DNA from: an uncultured archaeon
Lineage (GTDB): Archaea > Thermoproteota > Bathyarchaeia > Bathyarchaeales > Bathycorpusculaceae
Assembly: GCA_963810275.1 (NCBI GenBank)
Contig: CAWENF010000003.1
Location: 32,001 to 96,000, forward strand
Direction of reading: 5' to 3'
Length of the DNA stretch: 64,000 bases
In this document: one piece after another, positions 21,418 to 31,247 of the stretch
Position numbering within the stretch: position 1 is the stretch's first letter
How the letters are laid out: each line of letters starts with the position of its first letter
The notes under the pieces: model-generated
The model's database searches: none
What the model saw: the letters and a program-made list of their open reading frames with translations, nothing else
Told to the model about the DNA's origin: nothing
Translations under genes and position numbers: made by a program

Positions 21418-22662
21418 TTAAGATAAAAGACCTTTATTGGCGGCTGACCCCATCGAGCCATCTTTAGCAGTTTTCGTCCAGTCACGGGGTCGTCTAAAGA
21501 CCAGCTTCAGAAATGCCCATCCAGCGATAAACATTTGCAAAAGCCAGTAAAGGTATATTGAGGGGATCCAGATGATGTTTCGTTTTTTAATGGGTTTTTC
21601 TGAGGCTGTTAAGGCTACACCGATTGAAACTAGCGATACCGCTGTTAGAGCTATCACTAGCCCAGTGAAATTCAAAATTGGTGTGCTCTGAGATAGGAAA
21701 AGCACCACTAAGAACCAGTTGAGGTAGCTTAGTAGCGAAATAACCATCATGAATGGGCCACCCATTGAGATTTCTGCGTCGACGGTGCGTTTGTTTATGT
21801 TTTCCAGTAACCGCCCATATTTGAGGCTGGTTTCCATGTAGCCACGGTACCAACGCACCCTTTGTTTAACCAAACTGCGCAGTGAATTTGGAGTTTCCTG
21901 CCATGAACAAATGTCTGGAGTGTACTTTATTCTATGATTCTTCTCAACCAGACGTAGTGCAAATTCAACGTCTTCTGTTAAGGAGTTTTCATCCCAGCCA
22001 CCCAGCTCCTCAATCACATTGCGCCTTATGAACTGGCAAGTGCCGTTAAGGGGAACGAACAGTTCCAGTTTTTCTCTACCACTAAGCAACATCTGAAACC
22101 AAGCTTTTTCCTCCATGGCTATAACTCGTGTTAGAGCACTGCTTTTCTCGTTAATCGAGATGGTTCTTCCCTGTATTGCTTTGATGCTCTTGTCGTCAAA
22201 GTAAGAAGTTGCTTTACACAAAACATCTGGTTCAGGCAGGCTATCTGAGTCGAATACCGCTATAATTTCCCCGTTGGTATAAGAAAACGCAAGGTTAAGC
22301 GCAGCAGGTTTGCCGCAAGTACCCTGCTCGGAAACAACCTTAAAGATTTCAGGATATTTCTGTTCAAACTCCGAGCATATTTTCATGGTGTCATCCGCAG
22401 AGTTTCCATCAACCACCACCACTTGGATTTTTTCTTTCGGGTAATCCAAAGCCAGAATGCCATCTAAGCAACGACGAATAACTAACTGCTCGTTTTTTGT
22501 TGGAACAATAAAGGAGTATTTAGGCTGGTAACTGCTAGGGGGAAGGGCAGTTTGGATTTTGCGTTTGTTACGCACACCAATGTAGATGATGGCGCCATTG
22601 TATAGAGACCAAAAAAGCAGTACAGCCAGCAGCACCATGGATATTATGTCAACAACAATCAT
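21418..22662 (-). CDS. Processive GT2 glycosyltransferase (cellulose synthase/PgaC-like)
   Basis: GKPAALN, FDSD, LTED and QRVRW (QxxRW) motifs with flanking TMs. Confidence 0.88.
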   Translation of the reverse strand: MIVVDIISMVLLAVLLFWSLYNGAIIYIGVRNKRKIQTALPPSSYQPKYSFIVPTKNEQLVIRRCLDGILALDYPKEKIQVVVVDGNSADDTMKICSEFEQKYPEIFKVVSEQGTCGKPAALNLAFSYTNGEIIAVFDSDSLPEPDVLCKATSYFDDKSIKAIQGRTISINEKSSALTRVIAMEEKAWFQMLLSGREKLELFVPLNGTCQFIRRNVIEELGGWDENSLTEDVEFALRLVEKNHRIKYTPDICSWQETPNSLRSLVKQRVRWYRGYMETSLKYGRLLENINKRTVDAEISMGGPFMMVISLLSYLNWFLVVLFLSQSTPILNFTGLVIALTAVSLVSIGVALTASEKPIKKRNIIWIPSIYLYWLLQMFIAGWAFLKLVFRRPRDWTKTAKDGSMGSAANKGLLS

Positions 22663-22975
22663 GGTTTTCCCGCCTTCAAGCCTGCAAGCCCGATGGGGGC
22701 GGCGTAGATCCGATTTATTCTAAATAAGTTGAGTTTGCCCCAAACCGTCAGGTCTGCAAACCGACAGGCACGAGGGAGAATAAACCGCTTTTTCATTACA
22801 AATGTCACTATACCCGTTAAACTTTTTAACCTTATGTTTTGCCCTATTTATATTAAGTAATCAGCCCGAATGTTTTACTGCAAGACACATAAATAACTAT
22901 CTGAATTACCGCTATTCAGCTAAGGTAAATTTAGAGACCCTCGTTTTAGAAATTTTAAAAATAAATAACTATGTA

Positions 22976-23587
22976 TTAAGAACTCATAAACGTCACAAAA
23001 TCCGCCAAACTTCGAGGCTGAAGGACATAATTTGTTTTACGCTCTCTCCCAACCGTCGAAGAAGGCACAGCACCATAATCATGCCCAGGATAAATCTCCA
23101 AGTTATCGGGCAACGTTACGATTTTGTCAAACAAACTATGATATAATTGTTCAGAGTCACCGCCGGGCAAATCGGTTCTACCGCATTCCCCAACAAACAG
23201 CGTGTCGCCAGTAAGGAGTTTCTTCCCGTCAACTATGAGGCAGATGCCATCTTTGGTATGTCCTGGCGTGTAAAGTACCCTGATTATGGTTTTGCCAACT
23301 GAAAGTTCGTCACCGTCCTCAACCCGAACGTCACAGTCCACTTCTGCTTGTTTATGAGCAACGATTACTGCTCCGGACGCTTGCTTGAGTTGGCTATTAC
23401 CTGCAGTATGATCGGAGTGCCCATGAGTATTTATAATATATTTGAGTTTGAAGCCTTCCGTTTGAAGTATTTTGATGATCTTGCCAGCATTATAGCTTGA
23501 ATCCACCACGGCGGCTTCACATGTCTGTTTGTCAGCGATTATATAACTGAAGTTGTCACCGTGCTGCTGAAGTTGCCTAAAAAACAC
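22976..23587 (-). CDS. MBL-fold metallo-hydrolase (glyoxalase II/ETHE1-like)
   Basis: THGHSDH, TPGHT, TGDTLF, PGHDY. Confidence 0.9.
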   Translation of the reverse strand: MFFRQLQQHGDNFSYIIADKQTCEAAVVDSSYNAGKIIKILQTEGFKLKYIINTHGHSDHTAGNSQLKQASGAVIVAHKQAEVDCDVRVEDGDELSVGKTIIRVLYTPGHTKDGICLIVDGKKLLTGDTLFVGECGRTDLPGGDSEQLYHSLFDKIVTLPDNLEIYPGHDYGAVPSSTVGRERKTNYVLQPRSLADFVTFMSS

Positions 23588-23588
23588 C

Positions 23589-24080
23589 TTAAACCCTCTC
23601 CTGCTCGGCTCGACGCTTTGTCAGCATCTCTTTTGCCAACACTCTTCCGTTTTCAGAATAGATTAAATCAACTATTTTTTCCCAGTCAAAACCTTCCCGT
23701 ACGTTATAGGTAGGATATTCTTCGGGGGTAAACATAACCAGTTTGTCAGCGTCATAAAGTGACTTAAAAGCGTCACTGGGCGCTTCGGGGTGGTCATGGT
23801 GTGTAGCTATTATAAGACAGACTTGCCGAATGAAGCTCTCGGAGCAATCCATTTGCTTGAGCAGTTCGGTAGCAATTTCAGGTCCCTGCTCGTATTGGTC
23901 TTTTATGCTGCAGCCACCGATGTCATGAAGGATAATGGAGGCGTAAGTTAAGTCCTCCATCGGAAACTGCGCTGGAAAATGCTGCTTTGCTAAATCCAAG
24001 ACGCGCTGTGTATGAGCTACACCAAAGTCGTTTTTGTCAAGGATTGGCGTAGCGAGTTGCCAAAGTTTCTGTAAGTCCAA
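23589..24080 (-). CDS. HD-domain phosphohydrolase
   Basis: H...LHDIG...HH...DADKL. Confidence 0.8.
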   Translation of the reverse strand: MDLQKLWQLATPILDKNDFGVAHTQRVLDLAKQHFPAQFPMEDLTYASIILHDIGGCSIKDQYEQGPEIATELLKQMDCSESFIRQVCLIIATHHDHPEAPSDAFKSLYDADKLVMFTPEEYPTYNVREGFDWEKIVDLIYSENGRVLAKEMLTKRRAEQERV

Positions 24081-24153
24081 ACCTTTTCACTCTGTAGACT
24101 TGATTTTGGATAAACAGTATAAAAGCTGTTTCTGTCCCAAAAACAAGAAGATA

Positions 24154-24903
24154 TCACTGGTTAAGCAACAGTTTTGTCATAGCTTTGACGTCATTAGGCG
24201 GAAAACCCGAATAATACTTTGCAAAGTACCCAAAGAACTCTTTCTCGGTAACGTATGGCTTGAGTTTCTGTGCCCAGGCAGAGGTGTCGGTTGCTCGATC
24301 CACTTCTGCTTTACCCAAGGTACCATCTACAACTTTGCGGTCGCCTTCCCAGCGCATATAAAGAAAACCAGCGGTAACCTCACAGATGTCAACCATCAGA
24401 TCGGTGCTGGTCCACGCCAACGCCACACCTTGATCCCGCAACAAACCGTAGAATTCGGGGGTGAGCCATGTTTTGTTCCGGACTTCCACCACGTAAAGGT
24501 TACCTTTGGGAAGCAACCGCAGGTAAGCCTCTAAATCCGCCATGTGTTTGCTGGTAAAGGTAGGCGGGAATTGGAGCAGGAGAGGCCCCAGTTTTTCCTC
24601 AAGCAAGTCAACTCTGGATAGAAAAGCGTCTGTTTGGGGCTGGCAGTCTCTAAGCATACGGATATGGGTTATTAACTGAGGAAACTTTATTGAAAACAAA
24701 AAGCCCTCCGGGGTCTGGGCATGCCAGTTCTTGACTGTTTGCTCGGAGGGTATACGATAAAACGTACTATCTACCTCAACCGTGTCAAAATGCGAAGCGT
24801 AATACGAGAGGTAATCCGCTGCTTTCGACTTAGGCGGATAGAAACCTCCACGCCAAAACGCGTAGCTCCACCCCAACGTCCCGAGGTGAAACTTAAGTAT
24901 CAC
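24154..24903 (-). CDS. DUF72 (YecE-like) TIM-barrel protein
   Basis: GT.GWSY..W.G.FYP, TVEVDSTFY.IP, LLLQFPP, EVRN..W. Confidence 0.9.
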   Translation of the reverse strand: MILKFHLGTLGWSYAFWRGGFYPPKSKAADYLSYYASHFDTVEVDSTFYRIPSEQTVKNWHAQTPEGFLFSIKFPQLITHIRMLRDCQPQTDAFLSRVDLLEEKLGPLLLQFPPTFTSKHMADLEAYLRLLPKGNLYVVEVRNKTWLTPEFYGLLRDQGVALAWTSTDLMVDICEVTAGFLYMRWEGDRKVVDGTLGKAEVDRATDTSAWAQKLKPYVTEKEFFGYFAKYYSGFPPNDVKAMTKLLLNQ

Positions 24904-26329
24904 TGTCTTTACCCTTCAGCAGCAGCCAGTTTTTTTGACCAGACCTCTTAAGCCGAACCAAAACATAGCGCCCCTTCAAGCGCTGGCCGTCAAGCGTAAC
25001 TTCAATTTTGTCCTTCTCCCACAGTTTAGGAGTATACTTGCCATGATCCCATATCTTGACTGAACCAGCACCGTACTGACCCTTTGGGATGGTGCCCTCG
25101 AATTTGGCGTACTCATATGGATGATCCTCAGTTTCCACCGCTAGGTGCCGCACGTTTGGGGCTTCAGGTATGCCTTTGGGGACAGCCCAGCTTTTAAGCA
25201 CACCACTATTCTCCAGCCGGAAATCCCAGTGAAGATGTGAGGCATCGTGTTCCTGCACCACAAAAATGTAAGGCTCTTTAATTTCTGATTGTTCCCTGGG
25301 TTCTGGGGTTGCTTGGAAATTACGTTTAGCTACGTAAGCACCTAATTTTTCGTCGGAAGGCAGGGTTTTTAGTTGTTCACCGGTTAATTGGTCGAGCGTG
25401 CATTGTTCTGGTTTTTTGTCGTCTCTTAATCTTTTAAAACGTGCCATTCTCAATTTCCCATCCGATGTCAATACTTGGTAGGCGACTTCACAGACCAACT
25501 TGGGTTTCAGCCAAGTGACTACGTCGCCCTGTTCAGGCGTAAACGCCGCAGTATCAGATTTGATTTCGCCAAATTTATCCATTAAACTATGCAGCACCGC
25601 CTCGCTAAAGCCTGTTCCGACTTTTCCCACGTAAACAGGCTGCCCGTTTTGGTCGTAGACACCCAGCAGAAGTGCACCAAATGTTTCTGAACGAACATTC
25701 TGGCCGTGAGTAAAACCGAAAATGACGCAGTCAGCGGTTTTGAGCTTCTTAATTTTAAGCCAGCTGCCAGTACGCAAGCCTTCCTCATATTGACTGTCCT
25801 TGCGTTTCGCCACAACACCCTCCAAGCCTTTCTGCAGCGCCAACTCGAAGTAGGCTTCGCCTTTTTCCTCAATAAAATCACAGAGCAACACATTTGAGCC
25901 TTCCTTGACGGTGCGCTGGAGTATGGCTTTACGTTCAGTTAACGGCAACTGCGTGAGAGGGTCTCCGTCTTTTTCAAGGATGTCAAACACGATGTAGACG
26001 GCGGCGTGCTGCTGGGTTTGGCGCCTGATTTCGCCCTCAGAGACCGCTTGCCCCCGTTTTAGCAAAGTTTGAAAGTCAGGTGCACCATTTTCCATGACAA
26101 CAATTTCCCCGTCCAAAACCACATTGGATGCAAGTCCTGTTAGCTGGTTTAGTTCAGGAAAATTCTGCTTGAGCTCTTTACCATTACGACTCCTGAGGGT
26201 AAACGGCTGCTCAACATAAGCTAAAGCGCGGAAGCCGTCCCATTTAACCTCAAAAATCCAGCCCGAACCCGAAAATGGTTCCTCAGCAGATTTCGCAAGC
26301 ATGGGACGATAGAAGCGTGTTCGGGTCAT
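24893..26329 (-). CDS. ligD: LigD-type ATP-dependent DNA ligase fused to C-terminal 3'-phosphoesterase (PE) domain
   Basis: PMLA, EVKWDGFR adenylation motif, EGVVAKRKDS.Y, RLRDDK; PE: FVVQEHDASHLHWDFRLE, SWAVPKG, FEGTIP.GQYGAG.V.IWD.G. Confidence 0.93.
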   Translation of the reverse strand: MTRTRFYRPMLAKSAEEPFSGSGWIFEVKWDGFRALAYVEQPFTLRSRNGKELKQNFPELNQLTGLASNVVLDGEIVVMENGAPDFQTLLKRGQAVSEGEIRRQTQQHAAVYIVFDILEKDGDPLTQLPLTERKAILQRTVKEGSNVLLCDFIEEKGEAYFELALQKGLEGVVAKRKDSQYEEGLRTGSWLKIKKLKTADCVIFGFTHGQNVRSETFGALLLGVYDQNGQPVYVGKVGTGFSEAVLHSLMDKFGEIKSDTAAFTPEQGDVVTWLKPKLVCEVAYQVLTSDGKLRMARFKRLRDDKKPEQCTLDQLTGEQLKTLPSDEKLGAYVAKRNFQATPEPREQSEIKEPYIFVVQEHDASHLHWDFRLENSGVLKSWAVPKGIPEAPNVRHLAVETEDHPYEYAKFEGTIPKGQYGAGSVKIWDHGKYTPKLWEKDKIEVTLDGQRLKGRYVLVRLKRSGQKNWLLLKGKDSDT

Positions 26330-27186
26330 TTCTGCTGTTCCAGTTGCTGAAGAGTCTCCCGCAACGCCGACATCAAGTTTTTAGCTTGCTCCTCAGGCTG
26401 CTTGGTGACTGTGATTTTTTCGCCTTTTTGTTTCTGCTCTATGAGTTGCTGCACTTTCTCTTGATAGGTATCATGGAATTCACCGATGTTGAAGTCCCCT
26501 GATAGGTCAGATATGATTTTGACTGCGAGGTCAAGTTCAGTTTTCTTAGGTTCGGGCAGGCTGCCAAGTTTCTCAAAATCTCGCGGATCCACAACATCAT
26601 AGGCATAGCGTAGTGTAGTTAAAACCAAGGCACCCTTGTATGTATGTAGCAACGCCGGATACTCTTTGGTTCGCAACGTAATTTGGGCGGCCCCAGCTTT
26701 GTTGGTTTTCTCAAGCGCTCGAAGCAGCAAGTTATAGGAGTCTTTGCTTTTATCAGGTAACAAAGCGTAGGTACGGTCAAAATACACAGGATCCACGGAG
26801 AAGTAATCGACGAATTTGCTTATGCGAATGCGGCGGTCAGATTCGGGGCGAACTGCATCAAGTTCTGGCTTTTCAAATATTATGTATTCATCCTTGGCGA
26901 CCTCATATCCGCGCACAACCTCATTCCAAGGCACAACTTTGTCTTCTTTAGTGCAGACCTTAACATACTTCAACGGGTACCCATCAGTTTTATGCAAAAA
27001 ATGAAAGCTAACACCCTTATCGTAAATCATCGAGTACAATTTGACTGGAACGTTGACCAAACCTATTGTTATAGAACCAGACCACATGCTCCTGCTAGGA
27101 GCCGCTGCGCTTGGCGTCTCAGGCTGCTGCTCAATGGATTCTGTTTGTTTTTGTTCTGAACTCAAAAAACATCCTCCGCAAAACAT
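26326..27186 (-). CDS. ku: Prokaryotic Ku protein (NHEJ end-binding)
   Basis: RSMWSGSITIGLVNVPVKLY, RGYEV.K..Y, F.D.Y, NLMSALRETL. Confidence 0.95.
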   Translation of the reverse strand: MFCGGCFLSSEQKQTESIEQQPETPSAAAPSRSMWSGSITIGLVNVPVKLYSMIYDKGVSFHFLHKTDGYPLKYVKVCTKEDKVVPWNEVVRGYEVAKDEYIIFEKPELDAVRPESDRRIRISKFVDYFSVDPVYFDRTYALLPDKSKDSYNLLLRALEKTNKAGAAQITLRTKEYPALLHTYKGALVLTTLRYAYDVVDPRDFEKLGSLPEPKKTELDLAVKIISDLSGDFNIGEFHDTYQEKVQQLIEQKQKGEKITVTKQPEEQAKNLMSALRETLQQLEQQK

Positions 27187-27256
27187 TGATTAGTGTACAG
27201 TTAAATTTAGTCGGGTCTATGGTTTAACCTTTTTTGACGGTTAGAGTTACTGTTCT

Positions 27257-28531
27257 TTATTTTGCAGGATTAGTGCATACTACTTTAGCAATGTGCCCCA
27301 AACCAGTAAAAAAATGATCAGGTTTTTTGTTGGGGCAATGCGTCTCAGCCATTTTTGCTTTGGTCGACTCCAGTGCCTCCCGCGCTCTCAGTCCACCTAA
27401 CTCGTTAGCAACTTCTTTTAGGCGCTTAGGGATGTTTATGTGCTGGGGACATCGTTCCAAGCATTGCCCACAATCCTTGCAGATCTCCGCGTCCGCCCGT
27501 ATGCCTGTCAAACCTCCCATCAGGAACAAAGCGTACATTGAGCGGGCTTGCTGTTCGTCGCCGGTTAGGCAGAACTCATTGTATGCTTGGAAGTTGCGAG
27601 GTATGTTTACCCCGTTAGCACAGGGCATGCAGTATTGGCAACCTGTGCATGGTATGGTTAAGAGTTTGCAGTACGCTTCAGCGACTTCACTTGTTACTTT
27701 GAGCTCTTGCGGGGTCAATGAGTTGGGCAGGGTGAATTCGGCGATTTTTAGGTTCTCTTCTACTTGGGCTTCGTCGTTCATGCCTGACAGCGCGAGGGTA
27801 ACTTCGGGATGGTTTAGAACCCAACTCAGCGCCCAATCAGCCGGACTACGCTTAATAGGAGCATTGTCGTAGATGTCGTTTATTGCCTTTGGAAGGTTAG
27901 CTACTAGGTTGCCGCCTTTAAGCGGCTCCATAACTATCACCGCCAAGTTCTTGGAGGCAGCGTACTTGAGTCCCTCGGTTCCCGCCTGCAACTTTTCATC
28001 CAGCATGTTGTACTGGATTTGGCACATCACCCAATCTGCTGCATTTATGATTTCCTTAAACGTGCCGAGACCACCATGGAAAGAAAACGACATGTTAACG
28101 ATTTTTCCTTCAGTCTTGGCTTTCTCTAAGAATTTGACGGCGCCGAAATCCTGCAATTTCTTCCAAAAGTTCGCTTCCAACCCATGAAGCAAGTAGTAGT
28201 CTATGTGGTCGGTTTGGAGTTTTTCAAGAGAGGCATCAAGCATTCTTTGCATGTCCTCCGGTTTCTGAAGCATAAAGGGCGTGAGTTTTGTGGCGACTTT
28301 AACTTTTTCTCGATAACCGTCCCTCAAGGCTTTTCCGAGCACTACTTCGCTTTCGCCATTGTGATAAGGTGGTGCGGTATCTACGTAGTTTACGCCCTTA
28401 TCTATGGCAAGGCGTATTTGCTTGATAGCCCGCTGCTCATCAATGGTTTGCTCCTTCATCGGCAGGCGCATGCAGCCGAAGCCGAGAACTGACAAGCGAT
28501 CACCGTTTTTAGGAACAATTCTGTACTGCAT
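27257..28531 (-). CDS. Aldo/keto reductase with C-terminal 4Fe-4S dicluster
   Basis: LGFGCMRLP, DTAPPYH, LQTDHIDYYLLH, CTGCQYCMPC, C..CGQC...CPQHI. Confidence 0.9.
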   Translation of the reverse strand: MQYRIVPKNGDRLSVLGFGCMRLPMKEQTIDEQRAIKQIRLAIDKGVNYVDTAPPYHNGESEVVLGKALRDGYREKVKVATKLTPFMLQKPEDMQRMLDASLEKLQTDHIDYYLLHGLEANFWKKLQDFGAVKFLEKAKTEGKIVNMSFSFHGGLGTFKEIINAADWVMCQIQYNMLDEKLQAGTEGLKYAASKNLAVIVMEPLKGGNLVANLPKAINDIYDNAPIKRSPADWALSWVLNHPEVTLALSGMNDEAQVEENLKIAEFTLPNSLTPQELKVTSEVAEAYCKLLTIPCTGCQYCMPCANGVNIPRNFQAYNEFCLTGDEQQARSMYALFLMGGLTGIRADAEICKDCGQCLERCPQHINIPKRLKEVANELGGLRAREALESTKAKMAETHCPNKKPDHFFTGLGHIAKVVCTNPAK

Positions 28532-28609
28532 AACTCATACACTCCAAACAAAACAATACAGGTAATATCAAGGAAAAAAACAAAGCGAATAACTTAAAGA
28601 TATGCTAAG

Positions 28610-29515
28610 TCACCTGTCGAGGCGACGCTTCGTTCCAAACATTCCTTTCCAGGGGTTCGCAGCACGTTTGGGAACTGTGAAGAGAGTGTAGTCTGTGGCG
28701 ATTAAGCTCTTTGTGACTTCCTTCCACTCCAAAGGCGTCGATGCAGTAGCTTCAGGCGTGGGGCGCAGGCTGTAGGGGATGACCATCGTGCGCATGGGTG
28801 AGTTCTGCAGGTAATCAACAAAGACTTTGCCGGGTTTTTTGGTGTCTTTAAACTCGGAAACAATAAGCGGGTTATGTTTAGCGAGTTCAATACCAACTCT
28901 GTGCACGTACGCTCTTGCCTCCTCAAAAATGTAGTCGGGCTCCACAGGCACAACTACATGCAACCCCTTCTTACCCGAGGTTTTCACGTAAGCTACCAAA
29001 CCCATGTCGCCCAACTGATCCTTTAACTGCAGCGCCACCTCCGCTGCATCGCCAAGGGTTGCGGGCAATTCAGGGTCAACGTCGAAAAACAGCATATCTG
29101 GCTTATCCAAATATGTGGTTGTGGCAAACGGCATGTGAATTTCTAAGGCTGCTAGATTCCCTAGCCAAATCAGGGTGTCTAAATCGTTACATACCACATA
29201 GTTTACGTCCCGTTTAGAAGTGGTGGAATAAATTGGGTGTAACTTAACCCAGTCAGGGGTGCCTTCAGGAGCGTTCTTCTCAAAAAAACTGTTTTTGCCT
29301 AGCTCCCCGTTTTTTATGCCATCGGGGTAGCGGGTAAGAACCAGCGGGCGATCTCGGATTATGGGCAGAATTTTTGGGGCGAGACGAATGTAGTATTCAA
29401 CAACCATGCCTTTAGTGACGTTAACAGTTGGATATAGAATTTTTTCGAGGTTTGAGAGGGAAACTTTTGTGAGTTTGCTTAGGTTTTCGGTCACGTTTAT
29501 TTCCTCAAAAAGCAA
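28610..29515 (-). CDS. Stand-alone LigD polymerase (AEP primase-polymerase) domain
   Basis: SNLEKILYP, RYPDG, FFEKNAP, FDVDP (DxD), KTSGKKGLHV, VFVDYLQN, PYSLRP. Confidence 0.92.
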   Translation of the reverse strand: MLFEEINVTENLSKLTKVSLSNLEKILYPTVNVTKGMVVEYYIRLAPKILPIIRDRPLVLTRYPDGIKNGELGKNSFFEKNAPEGTPDWVKLHPIYSTTSKRDVNYVVCNDLDTLIWLGNLAALEIHMPFATTTYLDKPDMLFFDVDPELPATLGDAAEVALQLKDQLGDMGLVAYVKTSGKKGLHVVVPVEPDYIFEEARAYVHRVGIELAKHNPLIVSEFKDTKKPGKVFVDYLQNSPMRTMVIPYSLRPTPEATASTPLEWKEVTKSLIATDYTLFTVPKRAANPWKGMFGTKRRLDR

Positions 29516-29799
29516 GTAAATAGTTTTATGTTAAGTCTAGGTTTTTTGTTTTTGGGCTACACCATCTTAACTGAGTTACAACTAACATCATGATTGTTTC
29601 CATTTTCCGGAAAAAAAACCAACTTATCATGCAAATGGCAAATTTAATGTAGAAAACTAAACTTTTTCACAGTTAACCCTATATACTATACATCAGCTAT
29701 ATTATTTCTGCTGAATTTAATCAAGGAAAGGGTAATTCTACTTACCATAATCTTTTCGAGACAATTCGCTAAACTAAAAAATGGGGGAGATAATAAAAG

Positions 29800-30435
29800 A
29801 TGAAATCCAAAAAGCCAACCTTAGAAGACCAACTTGCGTTTATCTCAGCACAGAATGAAATTTACCCAACCGAACTGTTCTCTGGACTTGTCGAAGCCAA
29901 AGAAGAAGATGAAAAAGTTAAGATTGGACAGTTAACAGTAGAGTACCGCGGCAACGTAGGCAGCCAAGCCATATTCCTAATCACAAAAGAAGGCAACGTA
30001 GTAGCGCAGTTCCGCGTGCCAAACGAAACTTTAACCCGAAGCGACTTAACCTTTGACAGCTCCATGGATACAGGCCGAGTCAAAAGAGAAATCGCAAGGC
30101 AAAACCCACTGCCTTCACAACTAAAAATCGAAGACCTACGAGTCGGCATGAAAAAAATCAACGTAACCGCCGAAGTCACAGAGGTTTCCGAACCATCCAA
30201 AGTCCACACCCAGTTTAGAGATAACGCCGTGGTTTCAAACGCCACCGTACAAGACGAAACCGGCAGAATCCTGCTTTGCCTATGGGATCAGCAAGTTGAT
30301 TCTGTACATGTTGGTGACTTCATCGAGGTTAAAAACGCGCATGTAGCTTTGTTTAAAGGTGAGAAGCAGCTGCGGTTGGGTAAGAAGGGGTCGGTTAACG
30401 TTCTTGAGCATCCGCTTGAGGGCGAAGCCGCCTAA
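29800..30435 (+). CDS. OB-fold ssDNA-binding protein (RPA/SSB-like) with N-terminal extension
   Basis: KIEDLRVGMKKINVTAEV...DETGRILLCLWD...GD.IEVKNA.V..FKGEKQLRLG. Confidence 0.82.
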   Translation: MKSKKPTLEDQLAFISAQNEIYPTELFSGLVEAKEEDEKVKIGQLTVEYRGNVGSQAIFLITKEGNVVAQFRVPNETLTRSDLTFDSSMDTGRVKREIARQNPLPSQLKIEDLRVGMKKINVTAEVTEVSEPSKVHTQFRDNAVVSNATVQDETGRILLCLWDQQVDSVHVGDFIEVKNAHVALFKGEKQLRLGKKGSVNVLEHPLEGEAA

Positions 30436-30857
30436 AACTCCAAATTTAGAGAAGTAAAGAGCTCAGCTAGCGTCACAAAACTTATTTCTCTTTTATAGAA
30501 GTTCTAGTGATATTTCGAAGCTCTTTTTTAACAGAATACTTTTTTGGAAAAACGTAATAACAAAAAATTCTTGCATCGTAAGCTAACTCATACTAACAAG
30601 TTTGATGCAACCAAACCCTCCATAACATCGCCCAAACAATAAGAAAAAAAGAATAAGAAAATGATCAAAACCTGCTTAAACTCACATGCCTAAAACGGGC
30701 AAATTCATTTTCACTTTTACAGTTTTGAGTTTTTCAGTTTTGTTTTCCGCTTTTTCTCTTTTCAAAAATAACTAAAACGTAGTTGTGACAACAATCCTTC
30801 AACACAAGATAGGTTAGAGAAGAAATGGAGAATATGGAAAGAAGAAAAAAGGCCTAT

Positions 30858-31247
30858 TTAGGCATATTTTTTGTCGTTATAACAGTACCATCGTTGATAC
30901 TGGGGAATCCACGTTAAGGGTTTGCCACATGTGGGGCAAAGCGGTGGAGAAGTAGACTGTTGCTGAGCAGACTGGGCAGGGACCGCGGTTTGTACAGGCT
31001 GCTGATGAGCAGGTTGGGCGGCGCTTTGCATTTGCGGTTTAAGGATAATGTAGTCAGCGGCTGCTTGAACTTCGTCCCACGGAACATCTTGTGTTTCCCC
31101 GTCGGCGTTTTCTACTGTTAGGGAAATCCCGTTTTTGCCTACAGAAAATGCTAAGTCTTTAACTTTTCCAACTTTACGTCCTTTAGCGTCAATAACTTCC
31201 ATAGAGATTAAGGCGTCTCTGGTAAGCGGTTTATCGGTTCCACTCAT
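30858..31247 (-). CDS. PRC-barrel domain protein with C-terminal zinc ribbon
   Basis: LISMEVIDAKGRKVGKVKDL...VPWDEV....DYIIL; Q/P/A linker; CPTCG...WYCYND. Confidence 0.78.
   Translation of the reverse strand: MSGTDKPLTRDALISMEVIDAKGRKVGKVKDLAFSVGKNGISLTVENADGETQDVPWDEVQAAADYIILKPQMQSAAQPAHQQPVQTAVPAQSAQQQSTSPPLCPTCGKPLTWIPQYQRWYCYNDKKYA

Noticed and set aside
22976-23587. MBL protein as an Artemis-like NHEJ nuclease
   Set aside because: Only 203 aa, no beta-CASP domain; motifs match the glyoxalase II/ETHE1 type
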